NCBI GenBank assembly: GCA_030264375.1
Contig: JASCQW010000043.1
Span: forward strand, 37,768,449 to 37,832,448
DNA: 64,000 nucleotides
Origin: Carcharhinus longimanus
Taxonomy: Eukaryota
Reading direction: 5' to 3'
Each line of letters opens with the position of its first letter. Position 1 is the first letter of the stretch. A program made the translations under genes and the position numbers. Under the pieces are notes generated by a model, which saw only the letters and a program-made list of their open reading frames with translations, made no database searches and was not told the origin of the DNA. Positions 11,606 to 25,085 of this stretch are shown piece after piece.

Positions 11606-13204
11606 GTCCTTGGCCTCAGAGGTGTGTTTACTGCTTGTGTCCATTTGTCTAGAATTTGAGCTCACTGAGGAAGTCCTGTCAGTGCAATCACTGTCTCAAT
11701 TCCCGAGGTATTGTTGCATTTTGACCAACATTCCCTGCTGACAATTCATTTATCTTTTCTCCATACATTTCCTGAAATGCTTGCAGATAAACTGAACCTC
11801 TGCAATGAGGGATGGTAAATTGAAGGATTGTTAACATTTTGGAAATGGGCCATATCATAATCACATCTACAAAACACATGCATGCAACCCAATTAGTGAC
11901 TAGTGCGGAGTTTTCTTCACTCTTTTCTGTGTGCCTGGCGCAGTGCTCCCTCCTTGCCATCGCTGCCACTGTGCAGGAGAGAGGCTACTGATCTGCTTGT
12001 CCCCTTGCCTTGGGTGACTTTTGCTGGTGCTCTCTAGCTGAAACACCGAGGGATCTGTCATGTTAGAAGGCTCCTCCATGCATCACAGGAGGAGATTCTG
12101 TTGCTGCATCACTTGAGGAAGCCTGAGTGAATAGTAGAGCGGTGGAGAAGAGGCTTTCTCTATCAGAAATAGCCTGCTTCCTCTGCCACTCAATCTCCTC
12201 CACCTCACTCCAAAGGAGGCTACAATCCCCTTGTATTTACTTCCACACATATTTCCATACTGTTATGGATTTGAATGTACTTTACTGCAGGGTACATGAT
12301 GCTTGATAACAGCAAAGGTAATCCCTGGGAACAGCTTCCAATAACACATTCCAGCAGCACTCACAGCTGCCTGAGCTACTGAGGTGAAACTGAGGACCCG
12401 CTGATGATTTTTAACCCAATCTTGCATTGGAAAAATCCCACCTGGCATGAATGACACAGCATCTCTGCCACCATTCGCACAGTCTCCTCGAGTGTTGTGG
12501 TGACAGAGAAGATCCTCCTGAGAATTATCAGGAGTCCTATAACATGGCAGAGTCCTCAAAGTTTCAGCCGCACACAGGACATCAGCTGAAGTCACCCAGG
12601 ACAAGGGGACAAGCAGATCAGTAGCCTTTCTCTGTACAGCAGCAAGTGAGGGGAAAGCACTGAGCCAAAGCACACACAAAAGAATGAAGAAAACTCCGTA
12701 CTAATCATGAAGTGGGTGATTTTGGTAGATGTGATTGTCAGATGGGCCATTGCCAATATGTTAATACACTTCATTGTTCCAATCACGTATTATTCCAGTC
12801 AATTGCCGCATTAACAAACTGAGTGATGACTCTGAATTTAAATAGGATGGGTGGGTAGCCAATTTCCAGGCCCATCCGCCTACCATGTTGGCGCATTCAG
12901 GTGTGATGACATCAGGAACACAACCTGATGTTATCATACCTAGTAATAATAATAATAATAATACATTAGCGTGGGCACAGTACAAGCCAATTTTTCCTGC
13001 ATATTATTCAGCCCATAATGTAATTACTGGCTCATATAATTACAACTGCGAGGTTTTATAAGATTGTTATCCGTTAGGACTGTCTCTTTGATATAGGGTA
13101 AAATGGAGGACTGATAATAGCGTTTATCTTGCAACCACTCTGTTACTTTGTTTGATGACTTGAAAGAAATGATAGTTTTAAAATACAACAAGCAAACAAT
13201 TGTA

Positions 13205-14340
13205 ACAGCCCCTAACACCACCTCCCAGCTGGTCTGCACAGAATCTGAGTGCTCGCCTGGGTACCCCATGCCTTCATTTTATAGCCTGTTATGTTTTGCA
13301 GACCTTGCTGTAGTCGGCAGGGTTCTGTGTGGCTAGCCTGGGACTCTAGCTTGATCCAGTACCGTCTTTTGGCATCTTTGATGGATCTCCTTAGATCATA
13401 TCTGGCTTTTTTGTATAGGTCAGTGTTGCCTGACTTGAACGCATCAGACCTGGACTTCAGCAAGCAATGGATATCCCTGTTCATCAACGGTTTCCGGTTG
13501 GGAAACACGCGGAATTTGCTTCTTTGGCACACAGTCTTTTATGCTCTTACTAGAGAAGTCAGTTGGCGTCCTCATTCAGTTTCATCGCAGAGTTTTTAAA
13601 TACTGACCAGTCCACTGACTCTAAGCACTGACTCCATAGGAGATCATCTGATTTCTCAGACTAACACTGCATGACTTTCTTTGATGGATTCTCCCGCTTC
13701 AGTTTTTGCTTGTAAGCTGGGAGCAGGAGCACAGCCTTGTGGTCTGATTTGCCGAAGTATAAGTGGACGAAAGAGCAGTGGGCATGTTTGATATTTATGC
13801 AGCAGTGGTCTAGGATGTTTGGGCCTCTGGTGGAGCAGGAGATGTGTTGGTGGTCTCTTGGTAAGACACTCTTGAGCTTGGCCTGATTGAAGTCCCTGGC
13901 CATGATGAGCAAGGCCTCGGGATATTTCATCTCAAGGCTATTTGTACTGGTGTATATTTCGTCCAGCGTGGTCTCCACATCTGCATGGGGTGGGACGTAA
14001 ACTGCGAGGTGAACTCCCATGGAAGGTTGTAGGGGCGGCATTTTAGCATCAGGTATTCTAGGTCCAGGGAGCAGGATCTTGCCAGTGTTGCTATGTCTAG
14101 GCACCACAAGGTATTGATTAGGAGGTAGACTCCACCTCCCCTAGTCTTGCCTGAGGCCACTATATGGTCCATTCAGTGGATTGACAAGTCCTGTGGTTGT
14201 AGGACGCAGTCTGATGAAGCAAGAGTGAGCCATGTCTCTGAAGCAGAGTACACAGCAATCCCTCAGTTCTCTTTGAAAAGTGAGTCTGGTTTTAAGTTTG
14301 TCTAACTAGTTTTCCAGAAATTGGACATTTGGTCATTGGG
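13205..14340 (-). mobile_element. Rex1/Babar-clade LINE fragment (APE endonuclease and linker)
   Basis: SGKTRGGGV, AVYVPP, RDFNQAKL, TRGPNILDHC, FGKSDH, FPNRKP.MN..LKSRSDAFKSG..YKKARYDLRRSIK; frameshifted. Confidence 0.9.
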
Positions 14341-14883
14341 AATTTAAATTCATAACTATATGTACGTACCCATCTATGTTTGATGTATTATCAAGTTGAA
14401 AGAAAATTGGAAAATTGGGCAATACAAAATGAAGATCGTCTCGCAGATCTACACCCTATTCTTTAGCCTTGATTAGAAGGACAGCACCTGAAAATTGAAG
14501 GAAAATCCAGGATATATGTATCTGTGTCTATATAACCCTGAATCTCTACGTTGTCGGACTTAGTAATTATGCAGGGCTGATAATCTGAGCTGATTTAAAT
14601 ATTATTCCGGTGTGGGCGNNNNNNNNNNNNNNNNNNNNNNNNNNNNNNNNNNNNNACCCACCTCCCCCCCCACTAACACCCCAGAAGTTCAGGACAGTCA
14701 CTGCCAATGATCAATGGGGAAAGGACACTACCTGATGTCCACTTGCTGTAACGTACTAAGGGGACTGAAACAATGTAACACCTAGCACCTTTGTCATGGG
14801 ATGTACATTGTAAAAATCTCTTGTAATTGCATTTGTATTGAGGCACCTTAGAGTAATGCATGCTAGATGGAAAATGAACCTCG

Positions 14884-15019
14884 GGCCAGAATTTTCTGGC
14901 TGTTCATCCCAATGGGATTCTCTGGTGCCAGTGCAGTGAATGGAGATTTGGCTGGGTGCCAAATTCTCTGTCCGCATTAGCAGCGGTGGTGGGATGTGGA
15001 CAGCCAGAAAATTCCAACC
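14884..15019. mobile_element. Harbinger-type MITE
   Basis: GGCCAGAATTTT...AAAATTCCAACC; flanks TCG/TTG. Confidence 0.75.
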
Positions 15020-15774
15020 TTGAAGAAATTTGAGCTTGGAATAATATCCAATTTGAACTGCTAGGGAATGCAATTTTCCGTATTTTTCTGAATACAGTAA
15101 GTTATTGGGAAAATATATTTTCCTGGTGTGCAGCCCCCTTGAAGGCTGCACCAGCAATGCCTCTGACTGGGGGAGGGAGTCTCAAAATCTCCAACTTCCT
15201 AAAGCTGTCTGACTCATTCCAGATAAACGTTTGGATGCAGAACTGCAGTATTTAGCCAAATAACTTTACGGGATACTGCAGTGGAGATTTGAAGCATAGG
15301 CTTACCCTGTGGTAAAGTGCCAAAACAACATGAATGGAGATGAGAAAATGTACCACTGGAAGTTCATCTGTTGTTTGAATGTGGGAGCAGGTGAGGGGGA
15401 AATATGCACAGCAAGATTCATGCATAAATAAATTTGAATATATTTTAATACATTGCCTTACAAAGTGCATTAATTCTAAATGGGATACATGACTACAGAG
15501 GGAGAATGCAGTACACAGCACCAAATGTTCATGTTTCTAAGTGCAGAGGAATTCTCATAGCTGTCCACAGCACCATGTAGTGTCATTTTGAAATGGATGT
15601 GTGGGCCTTTCAATGCAGCAAGTAATAGTCATCATGTGGGCACTTCACTAGCCCACATCATTCTTCACTTTACACTATGGAAAAAAAACACTTTTATACT
15701 TGCTTGTTGGAAAAGGCTAGACAGCTTGGCATACACATTCTTGCTTGCCTTTTAGTCAATATGCCAAACTCTAC

Positions 15775-17160
15775 CCTCCTCTATTGCCAACCCCGAATGG
15801 ACAAACACATCAAAGGTGGCACTGTGGTATACAATTAGCAAGGAATTGCCCTTGTAGTCTTCGACATTGATTCCACACCCTATGAAGTAAGGATTCAGGT
15901 CAAACCTCCTGCTGGTTGAAACCTATCGCCTTCCTCCATTTGATAAATCAATATTCCTCCATGTTGAATACCGCTTGGAAGAAGCACTGAGGGTAGTAAT
16001 GCTACAGAATACACTCATGGTCGGGTTTTAAATGTTCAAACTCAAGAAGGTTCTATAATCCCACTATGGGCCAAGCTGGTCAATTCCTGAAGAATACCTC
16101 TGCCAGTTTGGAATTATGGTTGGTGATAGGACAATCAACATGAGAGCAAAATCAGCTTGTCCTCATTCTCACTAGTCTGCCTGTCCTTAAATGCATCTGT
16201 TCATTGACAGTAATCATTCCACACTCTTTGTGGTGATTACAGTCTTCAGATTGAGGGCTGCCTGCATTGTATTATGTCACACAATCAACATGATAGATCA
16301 GATAGGTTCAGAACAGAGCTAATCACTCAAAACTGGACATCCATGGAGTTCTATGTGCCCTCAGCAGCAGGAATTGTATTCAATGACAATTTGCAACCTT
16401 AAGGCCCATCATATCATTCATATCGCCTTACTATCAAGTCAGTGGACTAATGCTTGTTTATTGAGGAGTGGAATTGAACATGCCATGCGCAGCACCAGAT
16501 GCAGCTAAAACAAAAGTACCAATTTGGTGAATGTGCATGTTAAAAGAGGACACAGCATTCTGTAAATGTAAGCCACCCCAGAATCTATGGATAATATCAT
16601 AACTTTACAGTCCTATCACACCCAGTTATGAAACCTAGGGGACAATTTTACAATTAGTGGGAGGAGGAAGCTCCATAAATATCCCAGTCCCGATGACAGT
16701 GGAAATAAACACATGAATGTAATGGACAAAGCTTTAGAGAAATGCTGAGTGGAGATTCAACTCATCTTTTCTCAAAGCCCTTACCAAAACGGCCTTCTGT
16801 CTTCAACCAATTTAATTCACTCCATGTGATATCGAGAAAATATACCAAGCCTCCCTTAACAGCTCACAAACCCTCAAACTGTGTCACTTGAAAGGACAAG
16901 GGCAGTGGGTGCATGAAAACATCACCAGCTGTAACTTCCCTCCAAGTCCAGTCTTGGGAATATATTGCCATTCCTCCAAAGGCAACTAGGGATGGGCAAT
17001 AAATGCTGGCCATGTCCCATGAATGAATAAAAAAGAAAATCATGGCTGGGTTAAAGTCTTGAAACTGCTGACGAAGCACTATTGTGAAAATATTTCCATC
17101 AGACAGACTGCATTGATTCAAGAGGTTAGGGATGTGCAATCAAAGCTGGCCTTGCCAGCT
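15775..17160 (+). mobile_element. L2/CR1-group LINE, internally deleted (endonuclease region plus 3' tail)
   Basis: Decayed GGTVVY and NLLL.TYR motifs; tail GGCAACTAGGGATGGGCAATAAATGCTGGCC at ~16981. Confidence 0.8.
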
Positions 17161-17419
17161 ATATTCCGTAAATGAATTTAAAAGAAGATAGAAGATAGAT
17201 TAAAAGCAGATAGAATGACCTTCGCTAAGACTGCAAATCTTGAGTCCTATGAGAATAGGATTCTAATGATATTTGGTGTGAAGTACTGACGGGATTGGAG
17301 AGAAGTGAATGCATTAATGTACTCATTTCTTAAATTGCCAAGACTGATTTCAACTTATTGATATTAATCCTGCATGTGCAGTTTGGCATGAGGCAACTAA
17401 ACTCTTCAGAGATACCAAT

Positions 17420-17600
17420 AAGTGCCGGAAGTCTGGAATTAATAACAGAAAACTAAATGTCAGCATTTCAAAAAGGAAGATGCATTCACATTTTGAGTTG
17501 GACCATCCATTTTTTATTGACAGGCCTCTACCAGGTGGTTCTTACATTGTTGTGTGTTGCCACCATTTTTTTTTTTACCCTGTTTTTGTGTTTATCTTTG
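17420..17600. mobile_element. Old degenerate Penelope-like palindromic end
   Basis: TGCCGGAAGTCTGGAATTAATAACAGAAAA...CATTTTGAGT...CTGTTTTTGT resembles 51750-51988. Confidence 0.4.
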
Positions 17601-18972
17601 AAAATCAAGATGTATTGTTGGTAAATCAGCTGAGGCACTTTACTGCAATGCTACTTATAACATTGGATATATCTCTACCCAAAGTGAGGCTTTGCTCTTC
17701 TCCATTTGGATGCCCCTCAACTACACTTCTCTTGTTAATACGCATTTACTGTTTAATGTGATTAAAATAATGTGAAATTAAACAAGGTTGTATCTGTTCA
17801 CTTCACATGATGTTTCTATTATTCATTGTACATACCGTTACATATTGTTGTCGATTAAATAAAATGGTGAACAATTGAACTATTCATTCTCCTTTGTTTG
17901 CTTTCGATAACACTGCAAAAAAATTGCATACATCAGCTACTTCTTGACTGAATTTTGAACAATATGCTTTGCTGCTGTATTTCATTAAAAATTCACCATT
18001 TAGTTAACTCTTCACTGTCAACTGGCCGTGCTAGTTGGAAAATGTAACTAAGATTATCTCCTCCAAGTGCAGAGAGCTGCATCACATTTCAAGGCCAACA
18101 TGTCCTTCTACTTAGGAATGGAATAGAATTTAAAATTGAAGAATTATTAAATCATATTTGCTGAAAATTGTATCACAGATCTGATACTTTCCGTGTGAAT
18201 AAAACATATAGGTCCAAGTTGATTAATATATTTTAGATGTCTTTATCCCACAGTAATCTCTCTGCTTGCCATTTAAAAAAAGTGTAATTTAAAATTGGTG
18301 AGATAGTACAATGAATCAGATGTTGGATTTGCACCAGCAAATCTTATCTCACTTTTTTACAGCTGTATTTTGCTCAGATATTTTCTGAACTATATTTGAA
18401 TAATTATCTTTCAATTGGATTACGACTGACCTGTACCCTATTCAGTTTTTTTCATATTTGTTCCATATCCCTTGATATCTTGATCTATTTCTATTATGGA
18501 ACTTCTACCTTTAAATGAAGTCATTAATAGGAGCTTTCCATTGGGTCCATTTCCCACAAGTGGGTTATATTTTAATTGCCCCTTTTTAAATTCAATTCTT
18601 GAACTTAAGTGCAAGAAACTTTCTCAACAGTACCATCTTCATCTCCAGGACACTGTAATTTCCAACAATTGTAATTTATGAGAAAGATATTGTTCAAACC
18701 ATTGTATTCACTCAATTAGAAACATTATTCAAACCCAAGTTAGACTTGGACTCATTATAAGTCTCAGTAGAAATGTTGTCTAAGGTCACAGAAATTAAGT
18801 AGCCACTTCTGAGTTAAAATCTTGGAGTTTTTTCTGAATGCTAAGTATGACCCCTTTTTGATAACTGGGATAGACTGCAGCAAGAGGAGGGTATGCAGAA
18901 GATTGCATTATTTAAAACTACAGAACACCTTCATGCCAGAAAATGGCAGTGAAGCAAGGCTTGTAAGACGTT

Positions 18973-19079
18973 TGCTGGAATTTTACTGCCTCGCTCTCCC
19001 TCGTAAAGTCGCGCCGAGGCCAATGGAAAATGCCGATTCTGGGAGGTGGGGTGGGGGGCAAGGTCGTAAAATCCTGGCC
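18973..19079. mobile_element. Harbinger-type MITE
   Basis: GCTGGAATTTTAC...GTAAAATCCTGGCC termini. Confidence 0.72.
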
Positions 19080-19779
19080 TTGTGTCGCATGCACATGAGA
19101 GAAGGGAAAAATGGAGACAAAAACTACATACTTCACAAGAAATCTGGAACAGTAAGACTCCATGGGATAAACAGTCCATGATTTCATGCTACTTGTGAAT
19201 CAGCTTCGCATTTATTGCTCATCAGGCCTATCTCATCAAGGCACACAGTTAAAATAAACACAATTGAAAGCCTCACCAAACTCATATCTTGCACAGGCTT
19301 CATGTATGAAAGGAATGAACCACAAACCTGTCACTTAGAGATACTGCAGAGAGCCCTCAGGTTGGGCATCTGATAGCCATTAGTGTACTTTTGGAAATGT
19401 GGCAGTACAATGACATTGGCGAGTGCATTATGATGGTCAGTTGGAAAGGTGACAGAATATTGCTGGTTATACTGACTATCTGGCAACTCTTTTATCCGTG
19501 TGAATGAGGCCTATGCATAATCTGAAATTACATTTTCAGCTAGGAATGAGTGATAGACAAAATACTTGGTGACAATGGTGACCTTGACAACTATCGATTG
19601 TGTAATTGCCATGCTGCAAGCTATCCACAGATGTTTATTGAGCCAACAACAAATTCTGTTCAAATGATCTAGCTCAACGTATGGTAGTTATTCTCACTGA
19701 CAGATAGGTGTGCCAAGGCTTGTAAATCTGACATGCGCTGTTACTAGCATAGGTCGCATGCTACCTTACTCCAACTTTG

Positions 19780-20855
19780 CAACTCCTCAGATATTGAAGC
19801 AACCCTTATCTGCATGTGGCAAGCCTGGATGACATTCAGGCTTCAGTTGCTATGTCACAAGTAATATTCATGTCACAGAAGTACCAAACAATAATAATTT
19901 CCAACTCAGGAGAATCTAACCATCAGCCCCTAAAAGCACCACCATAACTAAATTCCCTACCATCACCATTCTGGACATTACCATTGATCAGAGCATGTCA
20001 GAAGCTGGGAATTCTGCAGTGAATAACTTACATCCTGACTCCCCAAAGCCTGTATACCATCTTCAAAGTACAAATCAAACATGTTATGGAATACTATTCA
20101 CTTGCTTGGATGACTTCAGTTCCAGCAACACTCAACGTCACAGAATCCATAGAATGCCTACAGTGTAGAAGGACACCATTCAGCCCATTGGGTCCACACT
20201 GACTCTCTGAAAGAACATCTTACAAAGTCCATCTCTACCCCTGCCCTATCCCCGTAACCCTGTGCATTTGCCATAGCCAATCCATCTAACCTGCACACTT
20301 ATGGACTGTGGGAGGAAACCAGAGAACCCAGAGGAAATCCACATAGACATGTAAAGGCAGAATGTGCAATCTCTACACAGACAGTCACCCAATACCAGTA
20401 TCAAACCTGGGCCCCTGGCACTGTGAGGCAGCAGTGCCAACCACTGTGTGGCAGCAGTGCTAACCACTGTGCCATGGTGCCACTCCAGGACAACAATGTG
20501 ATTGGCATCAAACTCACCACATTAAGCTTTCACTACCTCCACCGCACAGTGGCAGTAGCTGTTTACAATCTGCAAAGCATAATAGAACAACTCACCAAGC
20601 TTTGCTTAGCAGCACCTTCCAAACTCGTGACATCTAATTGTCTAAGGGGACAAGGATAGCAATTTCATGGGAATGCCACCACTTTTAAGTTTCTTTCCAA
20701 ATTACACATTATACTGATTTGGAATTATGTCACCATCTTTCATTGTCACTGAGTCAAAATCTTGGACCTCCCCACAAACAGCAGTGTGAATGTACCAACA
20801 CCACAAAGACAGCATAGGTTCAAGAAGGTGGTTCACCTTCACCAGCTCAAGGTCT
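19780..20855 (+). mobile_element. L2/CR1-group LINE 3' fragment interrupted by V-SINE
   Basis: Homologous to 6040-6935 (CTGGATGACATTCAGGCTT, CATCCTGACTCCCCAAAGCCTG, GGTTCAAGAAGG). Confidence 0.8.
20140..20478 (-). mobile_element. HE1-type V-SINE
   Basis: Reverse-complement HE1 with a locally duplicated head (GGCAGCAGTGC..ACCACTGTG x2). Confidence 0.9.
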
Positions 20856-21218
20856 ACTCTTGGTTCTATGTTCCACTAATGCAAGGTCCTTTTAAATTGT
20901 TCACTAGATATGGGCATCACTGGCAAAGCAGCCATTATTTCCCGTCCTGAATTACCCTTGAGATGGTTTGCCTTCTTTATCCTATGCAGTCCTTTGTGCG
21001 TAGGTGCATGTGTGCAGAACCCACAAAGCCCAGAATGGAAAGTAAAATCTACTTGACTGTTTAATGCCTACTAATCCCCTTGGAATATTTTCTTGCATCA
21101 TAATACCACAACCAGAAAGAATTATACTTGAAGCCTTGAAACGGTTTATCTAAAGGAACAAATTTAAAAATCGCTTCCATTTTTCCAGAAAAATGCATTG
21201 CTAAAAATAGAAGGCAAT

Positions 21219-21344
21219 GGTGGGATTTTCCAGATGCGCTCGCTCCAAGGTTGGAAAATCCCATCCGAGGTCAACGGACTTCTCCATGGTCTGTGTCCCA
21301 CGCACTATGATTCCCATGGTAGACAGGACGGGAGAATTCTGCCC
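21219..21344. mobile_element. Harbinger-type MITE
   Basis: GGTGGGATTTTCC...GAATTCTGCCC; TSD AAT/AAT. Confidence 0.83.
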
Positions 21345-21916
21345 AATATCTAAGAAAGTGACACTGTGCTACAAAGTATTGTAAAGGTTGGTCCTAGCTC
21401 TTTTAAATAGCTGCACAAGGAATAAATGGAAACCTCAGTACAAAACTCATGTTCAGTGTTAATTTAAGTATTTCTTGCATCAAATCCGATGCCTCAGTGA
21501 CACTGGAATAAGGCCTTTATTCCCCTCAGCACTCCCTCTGCACCAGCTGCAGGGGTGCTCATCCTCTACATTGGACTGCTGAGTCAGCCCTTAGATATCA
21601 AGAGCTACTTAAATCCATACCCTGGCCAAAGTGGTCTACCCCTGCTTTAAATTTGTATTTACGTTGGTTGTTCGTTTCAACATATTCTGTTTGTACCAAC
21701 AGATTTTTCACAACATCATTTAAGAATGAATCAGAAATTTATTACAAGATGTGGTGCACATTTCCACTGAGAGGATCTGTAAAGAAGCTTGTAAGAGTTC
21801 TACTTAGAGACAGTGAGGTAAGTGTTGTTTGATTATTTGCTATCCACACTTCAGAAAATGTGTGAACCTCCTTGAGGGGTTGCAGATGAGCTTTGCCCGA
21901 ATGGTTTCAGGGATGA

Positions 21917-23073
21917 GGGGCAAAATCTTACCGATAAATGGCACAGTATTGTTTCCGATGAGGAAACCAACATACTTTTTCTGGAAAGAAACAGGCCAGT
22001 TTTCTCTCCAGATTTTATGACACTCTTCCTAAAAAAGCCAAGGTGGCATATTTCATGCCATCATGCGATGGTGATAGGGGTGGGGGTGGGTGTGTGTGGA
22101 GATACAGGGGAGAATGCAGCTCAGGGGGACCTCAATTCGCTAGGCAAACCCAGCTGCACAGAGACCGGGGCGTCATCATTAATGTGTACCTGGAACATAA
22201 CAAGAATAAACCTTCCCCCAGCCCATCACCGAGATCTCAGGAGCTCTCCCCACCCTTCCCCACCTGCCTGATCATCAGCCCCTTTCCCCCGTCTGATCAT
22301 CGCCCCTTTCCCCACCCCGGATCATCGGTCCCTTTTCCTCTGCGATCACCAGCCCTATTTCTACCCCTCACCTCCTCCCCCGAGACATTGCCTTCTTCAC
22401 TCCCCCACAACTGCGATCATCGGCTCCCTGCCCCCGTCCAATAATTGCCCTCTTTCCCTCTTCCTGATCATTGGTCTCTTCCCGTCACCCCACAGCCTTT
22501 ACTGGCAATCGCCTCCCCACCCCCACAATGGCCATCGCTGAGAGTCCTTGCTCCTCCATCTGCTCACGACCAGCATCCAAATCTAAATGAACCTCTTCCT
22601 TCTTGCATGAGGGTCCCATTGGGATTCTCCCCACCCTTGCATAGGTTGGCACAGCATGGGCATGTTGGTATAGGCATGGTGCCAACATAGCAGTGCCAGT
22701 TGTTGCCCTGGGGCAGTGCAATGTGGCACTGTCTGGGCATTGCTTGGCCATATTCCTCTCTGTAGGCTACACTCACCTTAATGCCCCCAGAGGATTCCCA
22801 TGACAGGTTCACATGTTGACACAGTTTGAAGATACGCCTCAGGCTCAATGTACAGTGATGGAAGGTCTTTAATAGTAAGTTAGTGTATTCAAATACATTT
22901 AAATCAGATTATTGCCCACAACAGGTGTGAACCTGATTATGTCGCTGGCAAGGGGCAGTGGAAATTGGAGGTCATACTCTCAGTGACAAGATTTGTGTCT
23001 TGCAGGTTTTGCCAGATCTTGAGCACCTATCGCCATTCCTGTGGACAGCGAATGCAAGTTCAAGATTGCCCCC
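21917..23073. mobile_element. Non-autonomous Harbinger-like element (~1.15 kb) splitting a CR1 fragment (21825-21916 / 23074-23345)
   Basis: Termini GGGGCAAAATCTT / AAGATTGCCCCC; C-rich internal imperfect CC-GATC repeats; CR1 sequence resumes after it. Confidence 0.65.
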
Positions 23074-23521
23074 ACAGATTTAAGGTTTCAGGCAAGAGAT
23101 GCAGGAAGGATGTAAAAAAGAACTTCTTTACTCAGCAAGTGATAACTTGGAACTTATTGCCTACGAGGGTGATGGAAGCAGAGGTGATGAATGATTTCAA
23201 AAGGAAATTTGATGGGCAGCTGAGGGAAATAAACTGACTGCATCGTGGTATTAAAGCGGGGAATGTGACTGACCGAGTTACTCTACAGAGAGTGGCATGG
23301 ACGCAATAGGCTGAGCGACCTCCTTCTCCACCTCTGCAACTCTATAAATAAAAATGATTCATCTTCTGAATCACAATTATATCAATAAAATCAATATAAT
23401 TCTCCAAGGGAGGGATGAGATTTAGCATTTCTCCAAGGATATCAGTTGGATAGTGTAATCTCCTAACTATGTTAGTGGTTTTGGTTTTAAGCTAAAAGAA
23501 AAGATGTGGTTTGCACACATA

Positions 23522-23769
23522 GGGCTTGATTTTACCATTGCGTTGCGCCCATTTTTGGGTGCGAAAATTTGGTAAAGGCAGGTGTGAGGCGAATAGCGTG
23601 ATCTGTGCCTGAGTCCACACAGGTTCCCACCTTACCAAGACCCAAAAATGGCTGCAATCGAAACCGCGCCCGAAACACGACTTAATGAGCTGGACATCCA
23701 ATCTTACCTGCATTTTCCCCTTTACCATTGCGTTCGCCCTTCCAGATTCAGCGTGAAACAGACATGTTT
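23522..23769. mobile_element. Non-autonomous Harbinger-like element, truncated by a gap
   Basis: GGGCTTGATTTTACC start; homologous to 28655-28920 (GGGTGCGAAAA, CCCAAAAATGGC, TTCCCCTTTACCAT). Confidence 0.7.
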
Positions 23770-24059
23770 NNNNNNNNNNNNNNNNNNNNNNNNNNNNNNN
23801 NNNNNNNNNNNNNNNNNNNNNNNNNNNNNNNNNNNNNNNNNNNNNNNNNNNNNNNNNNNNNNNNNNNNNTTGAATGGCGGGGCAGGCTCGAAGGGCCAGA
23901 TGGCCTACTCCTGCTCCTATTTCTTATGATCTTATGTTCTTATGTTGACTTTAAAGAGAATGTCAGGGAGTTATTTTGATTTAACCACTAAAAGTTGCTG
24001 AAGAGAAGATCATACCACTTCAACTCACTTTTACAGATTATGAGGCAAGGTTCTCCTCT

Positions 24060-25085
24060 TTGAGTGGTCAGGTATTATTTCTCCGGGGGGGAATCCATCT
24101 CCGCCTTTTAACAATTGTGACTCCAGGTTCTCTGGTGGGCCTGCCAATGCATTTCACTGTGCATGCTCGGCAGCCTGTTTCTATTTGCTACAATCTGAAT
24201 CCTGTTGCTGCCCATACAGTCCTGGTTGCAGCTCACTCATGTCTGCTGACTCACAAGGTCTGTGTAATCATTTGAACTTTGTGGAGTACCAGTATCTGAG
24301 TTGCAGCTACATGTATCAGGCCAAGTGGAAGTGTTTCTTTCTTCTCAGTCATTTCTCCATCCAAGCTCTCAACCTCCCGCATTACTGACAGGCCAGGTGA
24401 CACTTCCTGTGTATCTGAAAACATAAAGGCATGAGAATAGGATTTGGTTGAAGGAAATGGGGCAAAATAAGACATACATCTTCATACCATCACCTGCAGA
24501 ATGTAGATCGTATCAGATTTCAGGATGAAAATAAAGTGAGATTTCCAAAGGTGCATCAGGCAGAAATATATCATCATCATTAATAGTTTCAGCCATGCCA
24601 CTGACCTGTTGTGCACCATCTTGTCCTGAAAAAGAGTGGGAAGTATGTCAGTGAATGCAATGTATTTGACTGAGGGACCTACAATGGTTGAATAGCTAGC
24701 AGTATGTGCAAACTGTAAGCTGTGACTGTGTGGCTTGCAGCAGTGCAAACTAAATGAGGGTGAGATGATGTGATCAATTTAAGACAAGAGTCATGGTTGA
24801 TAAAAGATTAAAGATGGTGTGGTGATGGAGCAGTGTGTGAGGCCAATTGATAAGAACTGGAATGTGAAGTTGTATTCACTGACTTTGGCATTCAAGTGAG
24901 ATCATTAAGCTTCTTTCCAAAGTGCAGCTAGATCCTTGGGGCCACCCTTCTAGCATTAATTGAAACAATTATCTGCTTCCCCTGTCTTCTCAGTATTTTC
25001 CAGAGGGCATTCTGTCTGAGGTCACGTACCAACCGATTGAAGGGCAGCGTCTTCCCTGCTGTCTATGGCTGGAGGAACTTTGGCT
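24060..25085 (-). pseudogene. Harbinger Myb/SANT-like gene remnant with three exon pieces
   Basis: Minus strand: LRRQGKQI.VSINARRVAPRI*LHFGKKLNDLT then GTCAGT donor (~24885); TTTTTCAG|DKMVHNR (~24625); GTTTTCAG|DTQEV (~24414). Confidence 0.65.

Larger units (their letters stand above)
9907..13014. mobile_element. Rearranged PIF/Harbinger DNA transposon
   Basis: 14-bp TIRs GGACTGAATAATAT / ATATTATTCAGCCC (13/14 match), 3-bp flanks ATG/ATA; contains Myb/SANT and DDE remnants. Confidence 0.78.

Noticed and set aside
17480-17761. ORF with FELDHPFF resembling the serpin signature
   Set aside because: It overlaps a decayed Penelope-like palindrome; the rest of the serpin motif and exon context are absent.
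22043-22690. Proline-rich ORFs
   Set aside because: Translation of the C-rich interior of a non-autonomous DNA transposon.
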